Positions 19,075 through 26,521 of a stretch of 49,639 nucleotides of DNA are shown here, piece after piece. The DNA is taken from IMG/VR virus record IMGVR_UViG_3300038520_001382, positions 1 through 49,639 of that record, one strand, 5' to 3'. Position numbers and translations under genes: made by a program. Source of the stretch: a virus. Taxonomy: Duplodnaviria > Caudoviricetes. The notes below the pieces were generated by a model. That model saw nothing but the letters and a program-made list of their open reading frames with translations, was not told the DNA's origin and ran no database searches. Numbering within the stretch: the first letter of the stretch is position 1; each line of letters begins with the position of its first letter.

Positions 19075-20073
19075 TTATAAAAATACTTCTGAATTGTTTT
19101 GACTCCAAGTTAAGTATGCTTGTTCTTGGATTAGGTTTCTGTCTTTTGCAATTGAATCACGCATCACAATAACTTGATATTCTGCGGGCATTCTGTTTAC
19201 ATATCTGACAATATTTGAAAAGTTTGTTTTATCTACACGAGTAGTCAAAGCACCGCATATTGCAAACAAAACTGATGTGTCTGTTGGTATCTTTGCTGTT
19301 CCAGGATTGCTAATTAAGTTATCAATGTCTGGAAGATCGTGATACACACGCTTGAACGAAATGTATTCTCCAGCGGCTCCGTCTCCAACTAATGATGCAA
19401 CACCATAAAACTCATCTTTCATAAACGGTAGTTTTTGACTTACAAGCTCCCAAGTACGTGGTGTTGGAAAAGCATTGTGAGTTGGTTCAATGTCTGATAA
19501 TAAAGTTGGTCTGAATCTAATAAACGAAACAATTGACTCATCGATATTGTTTAACAAAGCCCACTTAACCCAATCATCAACATTCGCCTCAATAGTGTAA
19601 TGTGCAAAACGGTTTTTAACTGGAGTTGGCATCTCGTTTACTGCGGCACGATCCTCTGCTCTGTTACCAGCGGCTATGATTGTTGTATTAAGAGGTAGGG
19701 TGTAGGTTCCAATTCTACGGTTCAGGATCAACTGCAATAAACCGTTCATGGTAGCTTTTGTTGCATTTGGCAGTTCATCAATAAGAACCCATACGTTGCC
19801 AGCATAATTGCTGTCAGGGTAATCTTCTGGAATACCATATCTAGTTTTGTAAGATCCGTCTTCTTGTTCTACAACTTTAAGACCACCTCGGATATCAACG
19901 GGGTCAAATAAGTTTGCGCGAATCTCGAATAGTTTAGCGTTTTGTTGCTGTGCTCCTTGATAACAGATTTGAGATTTACCAGTTCCTGGTGGCCCCCAAA
20001 CCATTGTTGCTATCCCAGCTAGTGAATTAGCTTGGATTTCGTTTGCCAAGTCCTTTGGTCTTATCGTCCTCAT
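19075..20073 (-). CDS. MoxR-like AAA+ ATPase
   Basis: GPPGTGKS, LIDE, AAGN, NRF and FPTPRTW motifs. Start taken at MRTIRP. Confidence 0.9.
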   Translation of the reverse strand: MRTIRPKDLANEIQANSLAGIATMVWGPPGTGKSQICYQGAQQQNAKLFEIRANLFDPVDIRGGLKVVEQEDGSYKTRYGIPEDYPDSNYAGNVWVLIDELPNATKATMNGLLQLILNRRIGTYTLPLNTTIIAAGNRAEDRAAVNEMPTPVKNRFAHYTIEANVDDWVKWALLNNIDESIVSFIRFRPTLLSDIEPTHNAFPTPRTWELVSQKLPFMKDEFYGVASLVGDGAAGEYISFKRVYHDLPDIDNLISNPGTAKIPTDTSVLFAICGALTTRVDKTNFSNIVRYVNRMPAEYQVIVMRDSIAKDRNLIQEQAYLTWSQNNSEVFL

Positions 20074-20260
20074 GTGGGTTCTCCCTGTGGTTGTGAGTGT
20101 CTTTGAAATATTTTTGTGATAAAGGATCACCAGGATGTAAATCTTCAGGTTCTCCTGGCCCTTCTTCGTAAGATGCATATGCACCTTCTTGTTCTATGTA
20201 ATCAGAATAATCGTATGTTGGATCATCTGAAACACTGCAAGGCATTCTATATCTGTTCAT
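20027..20260 (-). CDS. Hypothetical acidic protein
   Basis: ATG at 20260, in the tightly packed early array. Confidence 0.55.
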   Translation of the reverse strand: MNRYRMPCSVSDDPTYDYSDYIEQEGAYASYEEGPGEPEDLHPGDPLSQKYFKDTHNHRENPHEDDKTKGLGKRNPS

Positions 20261-20408
20261 CTTCTGTTTCCTCGTAATAGAATTCAACGGTTAGTGCATT
20301 TATTTCAGAGTGGTATGCAGAAGTACCCTCGGGGTCTAGTATTTGTACTCTGAGTCCTTTTTCAATTACAAAATCTACAAGTAATTTTTCAAGTTCTTCT
20401 TTAGTCAT
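20247..20408 (-). CDS. 53-aa hypothetical protein (not in ORF track)
   Basis: MTKEELEKLLVDFVIEKGLRVQILDPEG...; start overlaps the upstream stop and fills the gap. Confidence 0.6.
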   Translation of the reverse strand: MTKEELEKLLVDFVIEKGLRVQILDPEGTSAYHSEINALTVEFYYEETEDEQI

Positions 20409-20610
20409 GGTGTATGCCCTCTGCAACTTGATTCATAAAATTCCAATCAGCCTCATCAAAGCGAACATCAACTGTCCATACATGATGGAAACCCACTTCA
20501 GGATCGTTGTCACCTTCGTCTTCTCTAAGATCACGTTTTACAACTTTTGCATTGTATATAAGATCAAGTACATCTCGTATTGCATCTTGCATCTTTTCCT
20601 CCTTAGTCAT
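20401..20610 (-). CDS. Hypothetical protein
   Basis: Overlap-coupled early ORF. Confidence 0.65.
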   Translation of the reverse strand: MTKEEKMQDAIRDVLDLIYNAKVVKRDLREDEGDNDPEVGFHHVWTVDVRFDEADWNFMNQVAEGIHHD

Positions 20611-20863
20611 CGCAGTTTACGCAGGTATTTCTTGTCCAATCAAAAGATACTTGCTGCGGGCTGCTGCTGGTTAAGTTTGTATCTTCTTTACCCATATCTA
20701 TTTTGAACCCTATTAATTCTCTAAGATTAGTTTTGAAGCACGAATTCAGGATATGCCTGGCTAAGTCTGCATCTTCCATCCCGTCTAATCTATCGTAATA
20801 GTTTTGACTAACATCTAATTTAAAAGTAGCTGTAATTAAAATGTCTCTTTTTGTTTTACTCAT
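20603..20863 (-). CDS. Hypothetical protein
   Basis: GGGAG RBS, overlap-coupled. Confidence 0.65.
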   Translation of the reverse strand: MSKTKRDILITATFKLDVSQNYYDRLDGMEDADLARHILNSCFKTNLRELIGFKIDMGKEDTNLTSSSPQQVSFDWTRNTCVNCDD

Positions 20864-21092
20864 AGTAGTCTCCCAATCTTTTAAGTAATCTTACCCATGC
20901 CTGAGCAACTTCTTCTGCATCTTCATTAGAATATCCCGACCATTTAGAACGCATTGTTTCTGTTTTGTGCATAACTGCGGCATTTATCATACCAATATCA
21001 TTTGCCAATTGGCGATGGTCAGCACAAATTGGACAAGTCCATGATGGCACAATTTCATCATAGATTGATTTTCGTATTTTTTTAGTTGTCAT
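20856..21092 (-). CDS. Hypothetical protein (CPIC motif)
   Basis: AAGGA RBS, 78 aa. Confidence 0.65.
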   Translation of the reverse strand: MTTKKIRKSIYDEIVPSWTCPICADHRQLANDIGMINAAVMHKTETMRSKWSGYSNEDAEEVAQAWVRLLKRLGDYYE

Positions 21093-21109
21093 TGTTTATC
21101 CTTAAGAAA

Positions 21110-21190
21110 ATACAGATACACTGGCAATGTTGGTATTGGTACGTATTATGTATCCTGAACAAATTCGCATAGATAGTTCTGGTAATGTTA
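21110..21190 (-). other. Noncoding element carrying two fragments of the tail-fibre repeat junction
   Basis: Plus strand 21120-21143 reads TGNVGIGT and 21166-21189 reads RIDSSGNV, out of frame with each other. 19/21 identity to 2759-2779 and 16/18 to 1389-1406. Confidence 0.65.
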
Positions 21191-21472
21191 GATTTTTACC
21201 CAACGAAAAGATCGATAGGGAAAAGTTTCTGTTTTTACAAATTTTAGTTTTTCTTGTGGAATTACTCTGCGAGCAATAAACAAGAAGATACTAATAATTG
21301 CACCTGCCATAAGACCTGCCATCATACCTGCAAAAGTTCCTGCAAATATCCAGATTAAGAAAAATGTAACGCATATATCGATCAAGATTTCATGCTTCAG
21401 GATACGTCTTAAGTTGAATTTCAAAAGTAAAAATAAGATTGCACAAGCGGCAATCAGACCTGTAATAAACAT
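21188..21472 (-). CDS. Small membrane protein
   Basis: GGGAGG RBS; 2-3 hydrophobic segments; FAGTFAGMMAG. Confidence 0.75.
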   Translation of the reverse strand: MFITGLIAACAILFLLLKFNLRRILKHEILIDICVTFFLIWIFAGTFAGMMAGLMAGAIISIFLFIARRVIPQEKLKFVKTETFPYRSFRWVKI

Positions 21473-21657
21473 CAGCTTTCATCCTCCCGTGGAATAGTAA
21501 TTTTCATTGCTTGTTCTATAAAGTATAACTCAAGGTTTCTAAATTTTCGTTCTGCCCATGCACACGTTTTAGATGCTACCGAAGAAGCTTCCGATAGTGC
21601 TACAAGCATTTTGCGTCTTCTTCTGTTTCTTTCTAAATAATCAGACATTTTTCTCAT
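21472..21657 (-). CDS. Hypothetical protein
   Basis: Overlap-coupled early ORF. Confidence 0.55.
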   Translation of the reverse strand: MRKMSDYLERNRRRRKMLVALSEASSVASKTCAWAERKFRNLELYFIEQAMKITIPREDES

Positions 21658-21823
21658 CCTCTTTTAGCAGTTGTTTAACTTTATTAAGACCATCTGTTTG
21701 TCCTGCACAAAATGTCATTTCGACAAAAGCTTCCATAAGTTTTTCTTTGTGTCTACTTGGTACATCTACAGTTGTAAACATTTTTAGTCCTTGTTCTATT
21801 AGTTCTTCTTTGGTACGAATCAT
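21641..21823 (-). CDS. Hypothetical protein
   Basis: AGGAGG RBS. Confidence 0.65.
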   Translation of the reverse strand: MIRTKEELIEQGLKMFTTVDVPSRHKEKLMEAFVEMTFCAGQTDGLNKVKQLLKEDEKNV

Positions 21824-21832
21824 GGTATCCTC

Positions 21833-22210
21833 CTAAAACCATTGGCTGTAATAAACTTGTGTGGTGTCCCCATATTTGTCAAAAGCGGCTAATGCTTTTT
21901 TACAAAACTCTAAATCTTGTTCACGATATTCTTCCTGTTGCTCCTCTTGAAACTGCCAACCATTAAAAAAGCCGCCATCATTATGAGGTAATCTGCGGTA
22001 CATAATGTCGTTGTGCAGCTGGACAATGTGTATCTTCTTTAAAGGTAAATCTACACAGTTAAAATCTTGCCAGTCTTGAGGTTTGTCACCGTGCATTTCT
22101 TCGTAATACAAGTTGGTCATCCATTCTTGTAAACGTGCATGTTTACGCCAGTAAAAATCTTCTTTCTCACCGTTAGGGGTTTTTATCCAAGCGTTTTGAT
22201 CTAATCCCAT
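21833..22210 (-). CDS. Conserved phage protein (MGLDQ...YWRKH family)
   Basis: AAGGAG RBS; MGLD/YWRKH/LP...GFF/YY..W pattern is common in phages. Confidence 0.8.
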   Translation of the reverse strand: MGLDQNAWIKTPNGEKEDFYWRKHARLQEWMTNLYYEEMHGDKPQDWQDFNCVDLPLKKIHIVQLHNDIMYRRLPHNDGGFFNGWQFQEEQQEEYREQDLEFCKKALAAFDKYGDTTQVYYSQWF

Positions 22211-22220
22211 AATATTCTCC

Positions 22221-22670
22221 TTAATATTCAGATGGTAATAAGTATGTGTATGAGTTGAGTTCGTTTTTGATTGCCCAAATTTTTATAGACTCAAGTTCAA
22301 AACCACGCATTAAATTATCTACGGGTATTTGATATACTGCTAAGTCTGTTCCGTCCATGTCATCTAGCATTACTTTGGTATAATTGTTATCTTTTTGTTC
22401 TGTCGGTTGAAATATTGTAAGACCGATATGGGTATGAATACCGCAATGTCCATTGCCTTCAGGGTTGTCTGCATCTTCTTCTACAAAAGTTCTAACAATT
22501 TCATCTATTCTTCGGAACACTTCATACAATTCACATTGGTTAATAAACCAACGAACACCGTCTGTCATAACAGATGGGCTGTTAGTAATTAGCCTGTGAA
22601 AATGTTCAGAACCTGAAAAAGTTCTGAGTTGTGCTTGTATATGTTCTGGGTCTAAATATCTTAATTCCAT
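22221..22670 (-). CDS. Conserved protein ending LLPSEY (DUF6876-like)
   Basis: F.GSE..H..., TDGV.W, C-terminal LLPSEY. Confidence 0.7.
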   Translation of the reverse strand: MELRYLDPEHIQAQLRTFSGSEHFHRLITNSPSVMTDGVRWFINQCELYEVFRRIDEIVRTFVEEDADNPEGNGHCGIHTHIGLTIFQPTEQKDNNYTKVMLDDMDGTDLAVYQIPVDNLMRGFELESIKIWAIKNELNSYTYLLPSEY

Positions 22671-22741
22671 AGTTTATTCTCCGTGTTATTTTTAAAACAG
22701 TCGTATCAACCTGCTGCTGGTAAATATGTATCTTCTGTACA

Positions 22742-22788
22742 AGCAGTGTATCTCCTATAAAAAGGATAAAAGTAGAAGATACACTGCT
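22742..22788 (-). other. Long hairpin, possible RNA processing site
   Basis: AGCAGTGTATCT 22742-53 / AGATACACTGCT 22777-88, extending to 16 bp with a G-U pair on the minus strand. Confidence 0.55.
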
Positions 22789-22847
22789 GCACATTGCTGT
22801 TTATTAACGTGTATCGCGGCACACATACTCCCCATTGCGATGACCGC

Positions 22848-22891
22848 AAAAAATAAAAAAACCCCCACCAGAATTAACTGATGAGGGTTTT
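22848..22891 (-). terminator. Rho-independent terminator
   Basis: Stem 22861-71/22878-88 with two G-U pairs only on the minus strand, followed by a long U-run. Confidence 0.75.
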
Positions 22892-22892
22892 G

Positions 22893-23019
22893 ATATAGAC
22901 TTACCGACAATAGTTTCCTACCTCTGTAAGGGGTCGCCTATTATGGTCGCCATGTTTCCTCCAGCATAACTGATAACTTTATCTAGAATTAGTTATCTCG
23001 TTAGTCGGCTTGTCTATAT
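22893..23019 (-). ncRNA. Putative structured RNA between a stop codon and the terminator
   Basis: Nested long-range stems 22893-900/23012-19 and 22904-08/23004-08; inner stems 22909-13/22938-42 and 22972-78/22991-97. Confidence 0.45.
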
Positions 23020-23025
23020 TACTAG

Positions 23026-23691
23026 TTAAGCTACTAATTTAGCCATCTTGGATAGTAAGTCAGCACTTTCGTCTGCTTTGATTTGTTCAGCAATTTTAGA
23101 TAGTGCATCAATTGCTTCGTCAAGATCATCAATCGCATGTGTAAAGCCCCACTCTCCTGTTTCTTCGTTCTTTGATTTTAAACCATATAGATACAAACGA
23201 TCCATATCGGGCAAGTACTCTGAACATTGAGTTCTAATCTCTGAATGTACTTGGTTAAGATTATCAAAGTCCATTGATACAATCTCTTGTATCTTATCAC
23301 GTGATACAACCTCGATACCGAAAGACTCACATAGTTCTGCATAGTGATCCTGTCCTGTACCGCCCGCAATCTCTTCGAATACTTCTTGACGATTTGCTGA
23401 CTGTATCAAAGCTTTAGCTTTCTTTACGATCTGATTTGAAACTTTTTGTATAAAAGCATTTACTGCTTCTGGTTTGAAATCAAGTACATCGTTATTATTT
23501 CTAGCGTTTCTTGCAGATAAGTAAGATGAATAGATTCTTAACACTGCATTGTCTTGATCTTGCTGTTGTACATCATATGCAATCAATCTTGCACTAGGTG
23601 ATCCAGTTTCAATAAGATCAGTAATCGCTACATCGATAAGACTGTTTCTGTTGCTTACTTGTGTGTTTGTTTTTGTTTTTGCTTTAGACAT
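23026..23691 (-). CDS. Hypothetical early protein
   Basis: GGAGG RBS before MSKAKT (23691). Confidence 0.75.
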   Translation of the reverse strand: MSKAKTKTNTQVSNRNSLIDVAITDLIETGSPSARLIAYDVQQQDQDNAVLRIYSSYLSARNARNNNDVLDFKPEAVNAFIQKVSNQIVKKAKALIQSANRQEVFEEIAGGTGQDHYAELCESFGIEVVSRDKIQEIVSMDFDNLNQVHSEIRTQCSEYLPDMDRLYLYGLKSKNEETGEWGFTHAIDDLDEAIDALSKIAEQIKADESADLLSKMAKLVA

Positions 23692-23869
23692 TATTGTTTC
23701 CTCCGAATATGTCATGTAAGTTAGTGTTACTTTCTTTGACCAAGTCGCACATCTCAGCAAGGTCAGGTGTTGTGTAAGGCTCGACAAAGTCGTGATGTGA
23801 ATGCCTTTGTAAACGGTTATAACTTGCAACTGCATACCCTAAAGGTGTTGGTTCAGGTAATCTGTCCAT
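23684..23869 (-). CDS. Hypothetical protein
   Basis: AAGGA RBS; overlaps the next start. Confidence 0.6.
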   Translation of the reverse strand: MDRLPEPTPLGYAVASYNRLQRHSHHDFVEPYTTPDLAEMCDLVKESNTNLHDIFGGNNNV

Positions 23870-23882
23870 GATTTAGTTCCTT

Positions 23883-24101
23883 TTATTTAGCTGTGTATTC
23901 TGTTATATGCTGTGCGACAACTTCACTGTTATCAGCAATAGCATCAACATCGTCTAGTATGACAACCGCGCCCATTGCAACTGCTGTGGCTATCGGGTTA
24001 TCCCATGCAAACTTAGCGAGGTCTACAACTGCAACTCCGCATATTCCAATAAGTTTGAGTGCATCTTTGAAGATGCCATTCTTTGGTGTTACATTTTTCA
24101 T
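23883..24101 (-). CDS. Hypothetical hydrophobic protein
   Basis: GAGG RBS, 72 aa. Confidence 0.65.
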   Translation of the reverse strand: MKNVTPKNGIFKDALKLIGICGVAVVDLAKFAWDNPIATAVAMGAVVILDDVDAIADNSEVVAQHITEYTAK

Positions 24102-24241
24102 CGGTTATACCTCGCTTTCATTCTGGCTTCTTCTTTAGAATAGCCAAGTCTTATGTATCGTTTCTCAAGTTTTTTAAACTCGCGTTCTTGTCTTGTTGCT
24201 TTTTCAAACTCTTTGAAAGAGCTAAATGTTAATTGTTTCAT
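24098..24241 (-). CDS. 47-aa hypothetical protein (not in ORF track)
   Basis: MKQLTFSSFKEFEKATRQEREFKKLEKRYIRLGYSKEEARMKARYNR; ATGA overlaps at both ends. Confidence 0.65.
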   Translation of the reverse strand: MKQLTFSSFKEFEKATRQEREFKKLEKRYIRLGYSKEEARMKARYNR

Positions 24242-24468
24242 CGTTTAAATCCCTCTAAGAGTAATATTGGAAACAGCACCAGTAATGCAAGTGCAATTGG
24301 AAAAGGTATAAGTATCATCAAGAGTGTAAGAAACTCACCCGCACCTTGTTCTATTAAATAGAGTATGAAAGGTTCTTGATATACTGTTATCCAACCATAT
24401 AGTGCTGTTGGAACTGCTAACAATGATATTATAGCCGTTAGCCAAGCTACTTTTTCTTTTGTGTTCAT
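24238..24468 (-). CDS. Two-TM small membrane protein (first gene of the leftward arm)
   Basis: Two hydrophobic helices; start at MNTKEK after AAGGAA. Confidence 0.65.
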   Translation of the reverse strand: MNTKEKVAWLTAIISLLAVPTALYGWITVYQEPFILYLIEQGAGEFLTLLMILIPFPIALALLVLFPILLLEGFKR

Positions 24469-24526
24469 AACTTCATTCCTTTTTAAGTTAAATTTATTTA
24501 AGTGAGTAAAGTCCATCTTACTCATA

Positions 24527-24562
24527 AAACATCAACACCGTCTCGAAGAATGAGAGACGAAG
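24527..24562. promoter_or_regulatory. ATCAACAC-stem-GAAGAATGA-stem hairpin, copy 1
   Basis: CGTCTC/GAGACG stem around a 9-nt loop; same flank and loop as the copy at 25071. Confidence 0.55.
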
Positions 24563-24604
24563 ATTTGATTTGGCCGCCTTCCAGGTGTGTATCTTCTATA
24601 TAAA

Positions 24605-24910
24605 GTGTGAGACACCATTGATGTGTGAGACACGTGTGAGACACCATGTGAGACACGACATGAATCACGCATCATGAATCAGGCTCCAGGGTTCAGCGAT
24701 TTGTGAGACGTGAGACACTATTTCTTTATAACTTAAAGTTTTTGTAAATAAAAAAATAATAAGAGATGTAAAAATAGGGTACAGAAATACTGTCTCACAT
24801 GTCTCACTGTCTCACATATAAGTTAAGTCGTTGATATATCTAATATATTGTGTGAGACACTTGTGAGACATCAATGAATATTTCATGTATATGTGGCGTC
24901 TCACGGAGAC
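24605..24910. repeat. Iteron array, candidate replication origin
   Basis: GTGAGAC forward at 24607, 24625, 24636, 24648, 24703, 24710, 24852 and 24863; reverse at 24792, 24801, 24809 and 24898; AT-rich core ~24718-24790. Confidence 0.8.
24824..24836 (-). promoter_or_regulatory. IHF consensus site
   Basis: Minus strand TATCAACGACTTA matches WATCAANNNNTTR. Confidence 0.55.
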
Positions 24911-25066
24911 TGGTGCATGAATCTAGGAGAATGATACAGAAGATACAAGTCAGGATACATGGATACTGGTGCATCTTCCATAGGTCAACTAAGATTATGC
25001 TACGTTGGCGTTACTCGTGCCATGTTCCGTGGTGCATGGTTCATAGTACATGGTTCATACACCACA

Positions 25067-25100
25067 AAAAATCAACACGTTACCGAAGAATGAGGTAAAA
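25067..25100. promoter_or_regulatory. ATCAACAC-stem-GAAGAATGA-stem hairpin, copy 2
   Basis: TTACC/GGTAA stem around the identical loop, 540 bp from copy 1. Confidence 0.55.
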
Positions 25101-25276
25101 GGGGTTACTTACAGACAAGGTTCAGAAAAACATATAGTAGACAAGGTTCCAAATGTATAAATTACGGAAAGGGGTGCGGTCAACACGCGATGGGGAGAAA
25201 GTGAATTAGCGATTCGTAAAAAAATTTTGCAAAAAATTTCTAGCAAAAATTTTCCAAGAGAGTATGATGCTGGATC

Positions 25277-25741
25277 ATGACTGCAAAAAAATATTGCGTG
25301 TCATGCGGTTTAGAAAAAGACCTTTCTCAGTTTGAACCCGCTAGGAATGTATGCGGCCCGTGTCGGCAACTAAGTTACCAAAAACGTGTATCGGATAACC
25401 CTGAATCTTATCTGAAGACCTTGTATGCAAAATCAAAAGCCTCCGCTAAAAAAGGCAAAAGGCGAGTTATGGAATTTGATATAACAGCAGAAGATGTGAT
25501 TGATTTGTATTACAAACAACAAGGCCGTTGTGCTATTAGTGGCGTAATAATGACACACCATTTAGATGGTACAGGACACAAAGAGTTTAATATCTCGATA
25601 GATAGACTGAACAATGATAAAGGCTACGTACCTAATAATATTAGACTTGTTGCCTACAGATTAAACATGATGCGTGGTGGGTTATCAAACGACATGTTTT
25701 ATTGGTGGGTAAGAACAATTAATGATTTTACTTGTAAATAA
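25277..25741 (+). CDS. Zn-finger plus HNH-like (His-Me finger) endonuclease
   Basis: CVSC..CGPC; QQGRCAISG; SIDRLNNDKGY..NIRLV...N. Confidence 0.75.
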   Translation: MTAKKYCVSCGLEKDLSQFEPARNVCGPCRQLSYQKRVSDNPESYLKTLYAKSKASAKKGKRRVMEFDITAEDVIDLYYKQQGRCAISGVIMTHHLDGTGHKEFNISIDRLNNDKGYVPNNIRLVAYRLNMMRGGLSNDMFYWWVRTINDFTCK

Positions 25742-25767
25742 TATTTAGCAATAATAATATAGCGGGT

Positions 25768-26049
25768 ATGAATATTGAGATGATCTCTATTGATGGTTTA
25801 GATCAAGCTATCATTGGAACAGGTATGAGAGCGAAAGAACGAGAAGTACTTGTCTATGATGCAACTAAATGTGAAAAATTATTACTTGAAAATGGTGTAG
25901 CGGATAACTTATTTAGTTTTTTGGATAGTATAAATATACAAAGTTTGGGTGATCGCGCACCTCTTTTCATATATTTAGACAGTAATTTTGAAGATGACAA
26001 AGTTGACGACAGTAAAGGAAAACGACCAGACCTTAGAATCGTCCATTAG
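25768..26049 (+). CDS. Hypothetical protein
   Basis: DGLDQAIIG...LVYD pattern common in marine phages. Confidence 0.7.
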   Translation: MNIEMISIDGLDQAIIGTGMRAKEREVLVYDATKCEKLLLENGVADNLFSFLDSINIQSLGDRAPLFIYLDSNFEDDKVDDSKGKRPDLRIVH

Positions 26050-26521
26050 TGCTAGAACGGAACTACAATCACACATGCCCTATATGGGTTTGTCGTTAAA
26101 TGATTTAACTGTTCAGCAAGAAAAATTAGTAACTCTAATTAGCAGTGGTATGACTGTTGCCGCTGCTGGTAGAGCCGCAGGTTACGCAACGCAACAAGCT
26201 GCATTCGAGGCATCAAAAAACCCAAAAGTGCAGCGGGCGTTGCAATATTTCCGTGAACAAATGCGGGAAGAAGTAAAATTTGAGCGAACTAACGCTCATC
26301 ACATGTATATGGAAGCGTACACATCTTCTGCTAATGCAACGGAGATGAAAAATACAGTTGATTCGTTAGTTAAACTACATGGTTTAGCTACGCCCGACAC
26401 GGCAGTCCAGGTAAATGTCAACTTAAACACGACAGCAAAACAACTCGAACGGTTAACAGACGAAGAGTTGTTAGAGATAGCTGGTAAAAGTGAAAACTAC
26501 TTGGAGCCTGATGCCACTTGA
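25994..26521 (+). CDS. terS: Terminase small subunit
   Basis: LT.QQEK...AAAGRAAGY HTH-like motif directly upstream of terL. Start is uncertain. Confidence 0.7.
   Translation: MTKLTTVKENDQTLESSISARTELQSHMPYMGLSLNDLTVQQEKLVTLISSGMTVAAAGRAAGYATQQAAFEASKNPKVQRALQYFREQMREEVKFERTNAHHMYMEAYTSSANATEMKNTVDSLVKLHGLATPDTAVQVNVNLNTTAKQLERLTDEELLEIAGKSENYLEPDAT

Noticed and set aside
22872-22950. Hammerhead ribozyme on the plus strand (CTGATGA at 22878)
   Set aside because: The GAAA core reads GACA and stem I cannot form. CTGATGA is explained as part of the minus-strand terminator stem.
24605-24910. CRISPR mini-array linked to the Cas4-like nuclease
   Set aside because: Repeats are only 7-10 bp, in both orientations, with irregular short spacing. 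Solo Cas4-like nucleases are common in phage replication modules.
24874-25098. 74-aa plus-strand ORF
   Set aside because: No RBS; it translates iteron and heptamer repeats with atypical composition.
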